A DNA stretch of 50,377 nt from an uncultured Chitinophaga sp. (GTDB lineage Bacteria; Bacteroidota; Bacteroidia; NS11-12g; UBA9320). Below, in pieces: positions 35,183 through 43,762 of this stretch. A program made the position numbers and the translations under genes. The stretch's first letter is position 1; each line of letters starts with the position of its first letter. The stretch lies in assembly GCA_964355045.1 (NCBI GenBank), contig CAYHCM010000007.1, positions 1-50,377 of the forward strand, given 5' to 3'. Under the pieces are notes generated by a model, which did no database searches, was not told the DNA's origin, and saw only the letters and a program-made list of their open reading frames with translations.

Positions 35183-36544
35183 ATGAAAAAAAATTACATA
35201 TTTCTCTTCGGTTTGATTTTTATGAGCCTCACAGGTTCAGCATTGACCAAGGTTACCTTCAGGGTAAACATGAAAAATGAAACGGTTTCGGCCAACGGAG
35301 TGCATATACCGGGTAGCTATCAAACAGCCGCAGGCATGGCAGCCGATTGGGATCCAAGCGATGCCAATGTAGAGGCCATGGATTTAGATGGGGATGATAT
35401 TTATGAATTAACAGTTAGTGTTCCACCCGGTTCTTATGATTTTAAATATGTAAATAATAATGATTGGATGGAAGGTGTAGAAGATGTTCCTTTAAACTGC
35501 CAATCAACTTCAGGTAGCGACAACAGGGAGGTAATTGTTGGAGCTACTGATATTATCTTAGATATTGTTTGTTTTTCAAGTTGTACAAATTGCAAGGCGG
35601 CACGAATCGTTACATTTATGCTTGTTGATTCAAATTTAAAATTTACCAATGTAAAGTTTAATCTTCAGATTAACGGCAATTGGATTGAATTTACTGGCTA
35701 TGACAACGGAACGAATTGGGATAAAAAAGCGGGAGATTATATTTTTACCGGAAGGTATTTTACCAAGCACGGCAACTATGAATGGATGGCAACCAATAAT
35801 GGCTCTTCGGTTATTCAAGGCATTAATCCCAAATTTAAAATGGACAGCCTTGGCAAAATAACCGGTGATACAGTTTATCGAATTCCAAAATTCGGGGCTT
35901 TGATTGGTGTAACGTTCAATATTGATATGAGTAAGGAAACGGTGGATGCATCAGGCGTTTATGTTTCCGGTAATTTTTTGGAAAGTCTTCAAAATCCTAT
36001 TACTAATTGGGATAAGGATACCCTGAAAATGACACCCCGATATCCCGGATCACAAGTTTACACTCTCACCTTAAAAATGTATGCTGGTAATTATGTCTGG
36101 AAAATATGGAATGGAAAAAAAAGTCCTCCTAACGATGACTTGCCCGCCGAAACCTATAATTTTACCTCGGGAGGATGTGGCGAACCAAATGGTACCGGAG
36201 GACATAACAGAAATCTTTTATTTAAAGGCGCAACAACTGCCAAAGTATTAAAAACTTATTACTTCAATTCATGTAATGAAGCAGCATCAATTAGCAAAAT
36301 TAAGGAAATAAAATTTGGTGCAAATCCTAATCCGGCAAATCTTTATACATCCGTTTCATTTAATAATTGCAAGTTGGTGAATTTTATTACTATAACAGAC
36401 TTAACCGGGCGTGTTGTATTAACCCAAAACGTAAACAGCAATAATGTTGATGTAAATCTTGAAGAATTGAACAAAGGAATTTATTTGGTAAATGCTTTTG
36501 GAAAAGACGGAACTTTTGGAGTTCAAAAATTAATAAAAAATTAA
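35183..36544 (+). CDS. secreted protein with repeated carbohydrate-binding-like beta domains and a T9SS type A (Por_Secre_tail) sorting domain
   Basis: Signal peptide. Repeated VTFRVNM/VTFNIDM...GVHIPGS/GVYVSGN...WD modules. C-terminus NPNPANLYTSVSF...ITDLTGRVV...LNKGIYLVN. Confidence 0.8.
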   Translation: MKKNYIFLFGLIFMSLTGSALTKVTFRVNMKNETVSANGVHIPGSYQTAAGMAADWDPSDANVEAMDLDGDDIYELTVSVPPGSYDFKYVNNNDWMEGVEDVPLNCQSTSGSDNREVIVGATDIILDIVCFSSCTNCKAARIVTFMLVDSNLKFTNVKFNLQINGNWIEFTGYDNGTNWDKKAGDYIFTGRYFTKHGNYEWMATNNGSSVIQGINPKFKMDSLGKITGDTVYRIPKFGALIGVTFNIDMSKETVDASGVYVSGNFLESLQNPITNWDKDTLKMTPRYPGSQVYTLTLKMYAGNYVWKIWNGKKSPPNDDLPAETYNFTSGGCGEPNGTGGHNRNLLFKGATTAKVLKTYYFNSCNEAASISKIKEIKFGANPNPANLYTSVSFNNCKLVNFITITDLTGRVVLTQNVNSNNVDVNLEELNKGIYLVNAFGKDGTFGVQKLIKN

Positions 36545-36564
36545 TCGGATAATAATTGTTTACG

Positions 36565-36596
36565 AAACAGGCGACCATTTAGTCGCCTGTTTTATT
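36565..36596 (+). terminator. intrinsic terminator
   Basis: AAACAGGCGAC-CATTTA-GTCGCCTGTTT followed by TATT. 11-bp stem. Confidence 0.75.
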
Positions 36597-36692
36597 CAAT
36601 AAAAAAAATAAAACCCTCTACTTGAAAATTTGAAAATCGTTTTACCCTTGAATTGTATTATAAAACTATTTTTGAATAAATTTTATTTAAAA

Positions 36693-36926
36693 ATGATTAA
36701 CATTAAAAAAGGACAACTACCCGACTTTTATTTTCAATTGGCAGTAAAAAAACCAATTCCAGTCAGGTGTTATCAAATGCCGGAAGCCTTTCGCGTGGAA
36801 ACAATGGAAGGCCAATTGGAAGGCAAAGCAGGAGATTATTTGATGGTGGGTATAAAAGGAGAAATGTATCCATGTGACTTGGCTATTTTTGAGGAAACCT
36901 ATGATTTAATAAAAGCTGAAGGTTGA
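36693..36926 (+). CDS. PGDYG-domain-like small protein
   Basis: 77 aa from the ATG at 36693. GKAGDYLMVGIKGEMYPCDLAIFEETY resembles the PGDYG family motif. The upstream part of ORF 36630.. is probably not coding. Confidence 0.5.
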   Translation: MINIKKGQLPDFYFQLAVKKPIPVRCYQMPEAFRVETMEGQLEGKAGDYLMVGIKGEMYPCDLAIFEETYDLIKAEG

Positions 36927-37080
36927 GGTTGAGGTTAAGGTTAAAAGAAGATATATAGGAAAAAAGACAAGGTTAAAGGATTAGGGTTAAAGAATAAAAA
37001 AAATAACCAAAATACAATTAAAGACGAATAGACACTAAAAATAAACGAACCTTTATCCCTTAACCTAAACCTAAACCTTT
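36921..37080. repeat. hexamer word arrays in inverted orientation: GGTTGA GGTTGA GGTTAA GGTTAA (36921-36944), AAGGTTAAAGGATTAGGGTTAAAG (36969-36992), CCTTTATCCCTTAACCTAAACCTAAACCTTT (37050-37080)
   Basis: Read directly. The first array contains the stop codon of the PGDYG-like gene. The last array ends 8 nt before the patatin ATG. Confidence 0.85.
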
Positions 37081-37088
37081 AAAAAAAA

Positions 37089-38237
37089 ATGAGCACTTTA
37101 ATTAACCGATTCAAATCATCAGGACCCAAACGAATTTTATCATTAGACGGAGGAGGAATTCGTGGGGCATTAACCTTGGGTTACCTCAAAAAATTAGAGG
37201 ATATCCTTAAAAAACAAAATGGAAATAACCCAAACTTTAGACTAAGCGATTATTTCGATTTGATTGGCGGAACTTCCACAGGTTCAATAATAGCTGGAGC
37301 TTTAAGCATTGGCATGACCGTGGATGAAATCAAAAATCTGTATATGGAATTGGGTGGCAAAATATTTGGTGAAAAACGCAATTGGTGGAATCCTTTTGAA
37401 ACAGCCAAATTTTTAAAAGCGAATTATAACCATGCCAATTTGGAAAAAGGATTGAAAAATGCTTTTGGCGACATCACCTTGGGAAGTGATAAAATTAAAA
37501 CCGGAATATGTGTGGTTGCCAAACGGGCCGACACCAACAGCATTTGGCCATTACTAAATCACCCCGAGGGTAAGTTTTATGATACCAAAGAAGGCCGAAA
37601 TAAAAATATCATGCTGTGGCAAGCCATACGGGCCAGTTCGGCAGCTCCCACTTATTTTGCTCCGCAAATGATTGATGTGGGAGAAGGATTGCGGGCAGCC
37701 TTTGTTGACGGGGGGGTAAGCATGGCTAACAATCCTGCATTTACATTATTAATGGTGGCTACACTTGGCGGATTTCCCTTTCATTGGCCTACAGGTGAGG
37801 ACAAAATTTTATTGGTTTCGGTAGGAACGGGATATAGTATTTTTAGTAAAATGACCAAGGAAATAGATGATGCCACCATGCTTACCTGGGCGGCCAATGT
37901 GCCCGATATGCTGATGCAGGATGCCAGTTGGCAAAATCAAATTGTTTTGCAATGGCTCAGCAATTCACCAACAGCTAAAAATATGGATATGGAAATAGGA
38001 GATTTAAATGGCGATTTAATTTCGGGAGAACCCAAACTTAGCTACTTGCGCTACAATTTTGCCATTACCGAAAATAATCTCAACGGCCTGCAATTAGGTA
38101 AAACCTTTAATCAAAAAGACGTGGACAGCCTTGTAGATATGAGCAATGCCGATAACCGGGAATTACTATATAAAATTGGGGAAAAGGCCGCTTCCGAAAT
38201 TAAGGAAGAACATTTTGGGGAGGGATTTAAGATTTAA
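37089..38237 (+). CDS. patatin-like phospholipase
   Basis: 382 aa with no signal peptide. Oxyanion hole LDGGGIRG, nucleophile elbow GGTSTGS and catalytic Asp FVDGGV. Confidence 0.9.
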   Translation: MSTLINRFKSSGPKRILSLDGGGIRGALTLGYLKKLEDILKKQNGNNPNFRLSDYFDLIGGTSTGSIIAGALSIGMTVDEIKNLYMELGGKIFGEKRNWWNPFETAKFLKANYNHANLEKGLKNAFGDITLGSDKIKTGICVVAKRADTNSIWPLLNHPEGKFYDTKEGRNKNIMLWQAIRASSAAPTYFAPQMIDVGEGLRAAFVDGGVSMANNPAFTLLMVATLGGFPFHWPTGEDKILLVSVGTGYSIFSKMTKEIDDATMLTWAANVPDMLMQDASWQNQIVLQWLSNSPTAKNMDMEIGDLNGDLISGEPKLSYLRYNFAITENNLNGLQLGKTFNQKDVDSLVDMSNADNRELLYKIGEKAASEIKEEHFGEGFKI

Positions 38238-38260
38238 CAACTTTTTAAAAGTTGTAAAAT

Positions 38261-38290
38261 CTCAGAAAATAGAACTCAGAACATAGAACT
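38261..38290. repeat. GAACTCAGAAC / CATAGAACT word cluster
   Basis: CTCAGAAAATAGAACTCAGAACATAGAACT read directly. Same words occur at 1761-1803, and in complement/direct form at 30357-30431. Confidence 0.75.
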
Positions 38291-38299
38291 TTACCAAGC

Positions 38300-39010
38300 C
38301 TATTCCTTCACCACCTTCACTCTACTCACCCTATCCTCTATCTTCAAACTTAAAAAATAAATTCCTTTGGGGTAATCAAACGAAATGGATTGTTGGCCAC
38401 CATCAAATTTTTGCGAATCCAATAATTGACCTTGACAATTGGAAACAGAAATTAAAGTACCTGGTAAAATAATCTTAGTATTGATGTTTAGCAAGTTCCC
38501 AATTACCGGGTTTGGAAAAAAAATATTGGAAGTTAAATCTAAGTTATTAACGGAAGCATCCTTTTTTACCATGATTGAAAAATTGTCAATGGTATCGGGT
38601 TGTGCAATGGCAAATGTTCCTATTTTAGCATAAATCAATAAAATAATTTGAAGTGGAAATGTTCCAACTTTTGTAGGTGTGCCATTAACTAATGCACAGC
38701 CTGTTTCGGCTGGAGTATATGTTTTTGAAGTTTTATTCAATTGAAATGTAAGCCCGTTGGGGATTCCCTTAACTTCAGTGATGGTAGCTGAGTCAATGGT
38801 TGCTTTGGTAGGATTACCAAAAACAATAACCATGGTATCTTTAATAATTTTAAATTGAATAACCTCGTTATAGGCTATTCCTAATAAGGCATCCGGCAAT
38901 TTATTGGGATAAAATCCGGGTTTGGTTATGTTATTATCAGGAGTGCACTGCGCACTAAGTTTTAATCCTGTAAAAATAAATAGTGAAAGTATAAGAAGAT
39001 TTTTGCTCAT
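38300..39010 (-). CDS. secreted protein with T9SS type A sorting domain
   Basis: Signal MSKNLLILSLFIFTGLKLSAQ. C-terminus FFPNPVIGNLLNI...YPKGIYFLSLKIEDRVSRVKVVK. Confidence 0.75.
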   Translation of the reverse strand: MSKNLLILSLFIFTGLKLSAQCTPDNNITKPGFYPNKLPDALLGIAYNEVIQFKIIKDTMVIVFGNPTKATIDSATITEVKGIPNGLTFQLNKTSKTYTPAETGCALVNGTPTKVGTFPLQIILLIYAKIGTFAIAQPDTIDNFSIMVKKDASVNNLDLTSNIFFPNPVIGNLLNINTKIILPGTLISVSNCQGQLLDSQKFDGGQQSISFDYPKGIYFLSLKIEDRVSRVKVVKE

Positions 39011-39024
39011 TTGAATATTTATTT

Positions 39025-41334
39025 ATGAACTACAATTTTAAGCTTTTTAACACATGTCTCAAAATTATTTTGATGACTGCTTTTATGTATGGAGGATTTT
39101 CTCAATCTCAGGTTTTAGTTAGGGGGGTCATTATGAATAAAGATTCCTCGATGATGATTGATAAAGCTTATATTAAAAATATTAAGGCTAAAACCGGAAC
39201 GCTTTCCAACGACTCAGGATTTTATAAAATAATAGCTAATTACGGCGATGAACTGGAATTTGGCAAAACCGGATTTGTTACAAAACGATTGGTTTATATG
39301 GGCGAAACCGTTTTAAATATCACTCTTTTAATATCTGAAAACTTGTTGGATGAAATTGTAGTTTCGGCTTCTCGAGGAGAGCAATCATTGAAAAATACTT
39401 CTGTTTCGATGGAGGTAATAAAACCGTATATAATAGAAAATAAAAACCCGGCCACGGCTGAAAATTTAGTTGACCAAATACCCGGGGTGCAGGCTGTAAA
39501 CGGGCAGGTAGTAATACGAAGCGGCAGTGGATGGAGCTATGGAACAGGCAGCCGGGTAATGGTGATGTTGGATGGAATGCCCATGCTATCAGCCGATGCG
39601 GGGCAAGTTCAATGGTCGTTTTTGCCGGTTGAGAATATTGAAAATATTGAAGTAATAAAAGGGGCATCCTCCGTTTTGTTCGGCTCCTCGGCTTTAAATG
39701 GGGTTATTAATATTCGTACACGTAAACCTACACTTACACCCGAAACTAAAATTTCTACCTTCTATGGATTTTATGATAAACCAAAAAGCGATGGGCTGAA
39801 TTGGAACAATGGAAAAGCATTGTCGGTATATGGTATCAGGGCGTTTCATTCGCGTAAAATCCGGAGAAATTCATTCACCATTTCACTAAACGGATATAAG
39901 GATGATGGCTACCGCATGAGTGATGGCGATCAACGGATACGGTTAGGTATTCAATACCGCAGCGATTTACCAGGGTTAAAAGGATATGCGGGTATAAACG
40001 GGAATGTACAAGATGGTAAAAGCAGCTCGTTTTTGCTTTGGGAAAATGATAAACTGGCTTACACCGCCCTAGATAGCAGTGTTACCAATAACACATCGTT
40101 TCGCTTAAATATTGACCCATATCTGGTAATTAATAAAAACGGTTGGAAACATTTGTTACAGGGCAGGTTTTATAAATTATCGAACAAGGTTGATGACAAT
40201 GCAGCAGGTAGCAGCAACCAAAGCAATTTTTCAAAATCATGGTTTGGCGAATATCAGATATCACGAAGTATCACATCTAATCTTAAAATTATTTCGGGTT
40301 TAGTTGGAAATTATGCAACTACTGAATCACCCCTTTATCAGGGAAACCAAACTGCCACAAACAAAGCTGTTTATTTTCAGGCCAACCAGAAAGTCGGTAA
40401 ATGGAATTTGGATGCGGGTTTGCGTTATGAAAATTACACCCTAAATAAATATAAAGAATCAAAGCCGGTGGTAAGGGCAGGTGTGAGCCGCGAAATTACA
40501 AAAGCTACATTTTTAAGGGCATCGTTTGGACAAGGGTATCGTTTTCCAACCATTGCTGAATCCTTTGTATCTACTTCGGTAGGTCCTTTAAAAGTTTATC
40601 CAAATAGCACCCTTAAATCAGAAAAAGGTTGGAATACGGAAATTGGAGTAAAACAGGGAGTGAGACTCGGAAAAATGAATGGCTTGTTGGATATTGCTGC
40701 TTTTTGGATGGAATACGACCGAATGATGGAATTTACAGCCGGCCAATGGGAACGGAAACCTAAACCTCCCTACTATGGATTTGGATTTAAATCTTTAAAT
40801 GTGTCGAAAGCTCAAATTCGCGGGTTGGATATGTCGTTTGCCGGAAACCTTAAATGGAAACAAGCTGAAATGAAATGGTTGGGAGGTTATACCTTTTCGC
40901 ATGCAATAGCCTCAAAGCCAGATGAAATTTTTTATAAAGACTCCTCAGGTAAATCTCTTTCCTTTAGAAATACAAGCAGTGATAAGAATGGAAATTTTTT
41001 AAAATACCGCCCTAAGCATTTAGTCAGATTGGATGTTCAGTTTGAATACAAATCCTGGGAGGCAGGAATAAGTGTACGCTATAATAGCTATCTTCAAAAT
41101 ATTGACACAGCCTTTGTTAACTTTCCAATAAATCTTTTTGTTCCGGGTATCCAAACCATACGCGAACAAGGAAAAAACGGGGATTATATTATTGATTTAA
41201 GATTTGGTAAATCGTTTAAGCACCTTAAATTATTGTTTTTAATCAACAATCTTTTAAACCGGGAATATATGACGCGGCCTTGTGATATGAGGCCTCCGCG
41301 AAGTTTTATGTTGCAGATGAACTGGAGAATTTGA
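39025..41334 (+). CDS. TonB-dependent receptor with N-terminal carboxypeptidase-regulatory-like domain
   Basis: 769 aa. VRGVIMNK...SNDSGFYKI (CarbopepD_reg-like). Plug motifs NIEVIKGASSVLFGSSALNGVINI. C-terminal beta-barrel rich in aromatic residues. Confidence 0.9.
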   Translation: MNYNFKLFNTCLKIILMTAFMYGGFSQSQVLVRGVIMNKDSSMMIDKAYIKNIKAKTGTLSNDSGFYKIIANYGDELEFGKTGFVTKRLVYMGETVLNITLLISENLLDEIVVSASRGEQSLKNTSVSMEVIKPYIIENKNPATAENLVDQIPGVQAVNGQVVIRSGSGWSYGTGSRVMVMLDGMPMLSADAGQVQWSFLPVENIENIEVIKGASSVLFGSSALNGVINIRTRKPTLTPETKISTFYGFYDKPKSDGLNWNNGKALSVYGIRAFHSRKIRRNSFTISLNGYKDDGYRMSDGDQRIRLGIQYRSDLPGLKGYAGINGNVQDGKSSSFLLWENDKLAYTALDSSVTNNTSFRLNIDPYLVINKNGWKHLLQGRFYKLSNKVDDNAAGSSNQSNFSKSWFGEYQISRSITSNLKIISGLVGNYATTESPLYQGNQTATNKAVYFQANQKVGKWNLDAGLRYENYTLNKYKESKPVVRAGVSREITKATFLRASFGQGYRFPTIAESFVSTSVGPLKVYPNSTLKSEKGWNTEIGVKQGVRLGKMNGLLDIAAFWMEYDRMMEFTAGQWERKPKPPYYGFGFKSLNVSKAQIRGLDMSFAGNLKWKQAEMKWLGGYTFSHAIASKPDEIFYKDSSGKSLSFRNTSSDKNGNFLKYRPKHLVRLDVQFEYKSWEAGISVRYNSYLQNIDTAFVNFPINLFVPGIQTIREQGKNGDYIIDLRFGKSFKHLKLLFLINNLLNREYMTRPCDMRPPRSFMLQMNWRI

Positions 41335-41862
41335 ATATATATTTTTGAAAAAAGGTAAATTTGAATATAAAAAATAATAGGGGATGAAACGTAATATGAA
41401 CTTTCCATCCCAGCGAAGGTAGTAGTAAGAACACACTTTCACAAACAACAAGCCATCCATCAGTTGTTTCTGCTGTTGAACAGAACCAAAGGTAGCCCCA
41501 TTCGGCAGCACTGAATATTGATTCTTCGGTAACTTTTGTTTATAATTGTAATGTTTTTTAAAGAAATAATTTTTATTAAAGTTGAAAAATTAAATCACTG
41601 ATAATCTTTATTATACAAAACCAAAATATCCAAAATTCGGGCTTAAATAGCTGAAAAACAGACCCTTTGCAGAATATTAAAAACCCATATATATATGTGC
41701 AACGGTTACCTACAACATAAGGAGTCAACGAACTTCAGAAGCGCTTTGATGCTAGGCAAAGCCTTTTTACCTGAAATTATCCATTAGTAAGGACATAAAT
41801 TATTAAATCTCCTTAATACACCCATTTTACCCGGCCGGCTACCTTTTGCTACTTTCAACACA

Positions 41863-41911
41863 GGATTAAATCGAACCTCCGCCTTCTAAGGGGCGGAGCT
41901 GCGTTTAATCC
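41863..41911 (-). terminator. compound hairpin 22 nt downstream of the 41932..42888 stop; candidate terminator (no T-run)
   Basis: GGATTAAA-TCGAAC-CTCCGCC-TTCTAAGG-GGCGGAG-CTGCG-TTTAATCC: 8-bp outer stem, internal loop, 7-bp GC-rich inner stem. Confidence 0.45.
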
Positions 41912-41931
41912 TTATATGTTGTACGCCGTTT

Positions 41932-42888
41932 TTAAAGTATTTCTTGGAATATAAAACTTTCCCAATCCTGGGTTAGATTGAAGAAGGTTTTTTTCGGCAA
42001 ATATGCTTCTATCTTAAAATTATCACCATGGTAAATAATACCAATAGCATTGGGAAAATGAATCACAGAACTAAAATCAGTAAAAAATTTTGGGATACGC
42101 AAGAAGTACTTGGTCTTTTTTGTGGAGTCCAATGGATCGTTTATAATCATTGGATATTTCATATCAAGTGCAGAATCCAATTCTACTTTAGTGTACTCAT
42201 TTTTTAATGATGGGTCTTTAAATATTCCATATTTCTGATTAGTTGAGTTTTTTAGTCTGAAATTTTCAAAGTGAGTATAGATTCTGTCTAAAATAATCCC
42301 ATTCAGAGGCTCTAACTGTCTTTCTGTTAATTCAACGGTATATCCAAAATTACCAAGTTTATCAGTAATAACATTTTTGGTGTATTCGGTTAAATCTTGG
42401 TTAATACGGGTTGAGTCAACAATTGGTGTATTTGATGAAAAAAGGAGATTTGAAAGAATAGTGATAAATTTCAAATCATTTTGAGAAATGAACTTTTGGA
42501 AATCATCCAATTTAATATAGAACACAACACCCAATGCTAGTTGAATGCCTGTAAATTCTCTACGAGCCATTGGAGCAATTGCTTTTAGTTTGATTTGTTG
42601 GATAGTTTCTTCGGGCTTTGATAGACCGGTAAACTGAATCAAAAATCCTTCTATCCTTAGACTTGTATCAACATTAATGGCAGATGGGTCTATTAAGATC
42701 AAGGAGTCATGGTCATATCCATAAACTGGGAACTTCCCGTTTTTTACTTGTTTAATAATTGTCTTTCCAATAGTGGCAAGCCTAATCTGTATTGAGCTAA
42801 GAACTTTATTGTTGGAAGTGGTAAATTCCTGTGCATAACCTTCAGGAAATACACAAAATGCTAGGATAAATATAAGTAATTTTTTCAT
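41932..42888 (-). CDS. hypothetical secreted protein
   Basis: 318 aa. Signal MKKLLIFILAFCVFPEGYAQ. No motif recognised. Confidence 0.6.
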   Translation of the reverse strand: MKKLLIFILAFCVFPEGYAQEFTTSNNKVLSSIQIRLATIGKTIIKQVKNGKFPVYGYDHDSLILIDPSAINVDTSLRIEGFLIQFTGLSKPEETIQQIKLKAIAPMARREFTGIQLALGVVFYIKLDDFQKFISQNDLKFITILSNLLFSSNTPIVDSTRINQDLTEYTKNVITDKLGNFGYTVELTERQLEPLNGIILDRIYTHFENFRLKNSTNQKYGIFKDPSLKNEYTKVELDSALDMKYPMIINDPLDSTKKTKYFLRIPKFFTDFSSVIHFPNAIGIIYHGDNFKIEAYLPKKTFFNLTQDWESFIFQEIL

Positions 42889-43163
42889 GTTACGAGAGGT
42901 TTCCCAAAATGGCGTTCAAATATTTGGGCATACCAGAAGGACGACTTCTACTACAAAGTTATCCAGCGAAAACGAAACTCCAAACATTCACAAAACTTTC
43001 CAACGGAATAGCGAGATGAGCCTTTTTGGTATGCCGTATTAGCGGTGGAAATTTTAGCTCTTATAATCTTAAATAATTAAGCTTAACCTGATTAATAAAA
43101 AGGATGATATAGGTTAGTTGGCAGACAGAATGAAATTAGTATGTTTACCGTTTAGGCCTTTAG

Positions 43164-43748
43164 TTAATTAATAACAGCCTTCGTCTTGACCAACCTGGTA
43201 CTATCCCCATCAAAATTTGTCTCAAAATAATAAACATCATTTCCTTCTATAAAAATCCTTTTTTGCAAATCTTCGTCCGACATTTCATCGCAAAAAGTTG
43301 GAACCAGAAACATTTCCATAAGTTGTTTCCAATTTTTATTTACAAACGTAAAAGTTGTCATGGCATAGGTACAGCCATGGTTTGGCGGCGAGTAAACTGT
43401 TAATTCATCCCCTGCAATGCCATTTAAATCGCCTTCATTTATAAGCCAAATCCAATTTCGATCGCAGGAAAAAGGCAATGATTTTATACTATCGGATGAA
43501 AAATTAATCTCTAATTGAAATGGTTCTTCCTCCAATATTCCTTCTTTTAATATTTTGGTAGAAGTATTTTCCAAAATACCGTCGCCATTAAAATCTCCTG
43601 AAATTCGTTGGCCAATTTTAGGCTGAATTGCTTCTGATTTTTTGTTTTTGGTAGTGTCTGAAATAAAGTTTACATCGTTGCTTCGGATTTGATTGCAGGC
43701 GGAAAATAATTGTATCACCATCAATAAAAAAAGGGCTGGTTTAATCAT
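43164..43748 (-). CDS. hypothetical lipoprotein with one FG-GAP-like calcium-binding motif
   Basis: 194 aa. Lipobox LFSAC and an SGDFNGDGILE motif. Confidence 0.6.
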   Translation of the reverse strand: MIKPALFLLMVIQLFSACNQIRSNDVNFISDTTKNKKSEAIQPKIGQRISGDFNGDGILENTSTKILKEGILEEEPFQLEINFSSDSIKSLPFSCDRNWIWLINEGDLNGIAGDELTVYSPPNHGCTYAMTTFTFVNKNWKQLMEMFLVPTFCDEMSDEDLQKRIFIEGNDVYYFETNFDGDSTRLVKTKAVIN

Positions 43749-43762
43749 AGTGTTTCTTTTTT

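Noticed and set aside
36630-36692. TTG-initiated 98-aa version of the PGDYG-like ORF
   Set aside because: The upstream 21 codons overlap the A/T-rich region just after the terminator at 36565-36596. The ATG at 36693 gives a protein of the size expected for this small domain.
36975-36992. Telomere-like TTAGGG (GGATTAGGGTTAAAG)
   Set aside because: It is a single occurrence generated by the local GGTTAA/GGTTGA hexamer word family, not a TTAGGG tandem array. The genome context is bacterial.
41254-41511. 85-aa minus-strand ORF (and the 74-aa ORF 41184..41408) as real genes
   Set aside because: Both run antisense into the 3' end of the TonB-dependent receptor CDS, have low-complexity aromatic-rich translations and lack a signal or recognisable motif. 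They are most likely chance ORFs.
41863-41911. tRNA or tRNA fragment, suggested by GGTTCGATT on the minus strand
   Set aside because: The sequence after the TTCGATT loop (TAATC) cannot pair with the preceding GGAGG to form a T-stem. No acceptor stem or D-arm can be drawn. The region folds instead as one compound hairpin.
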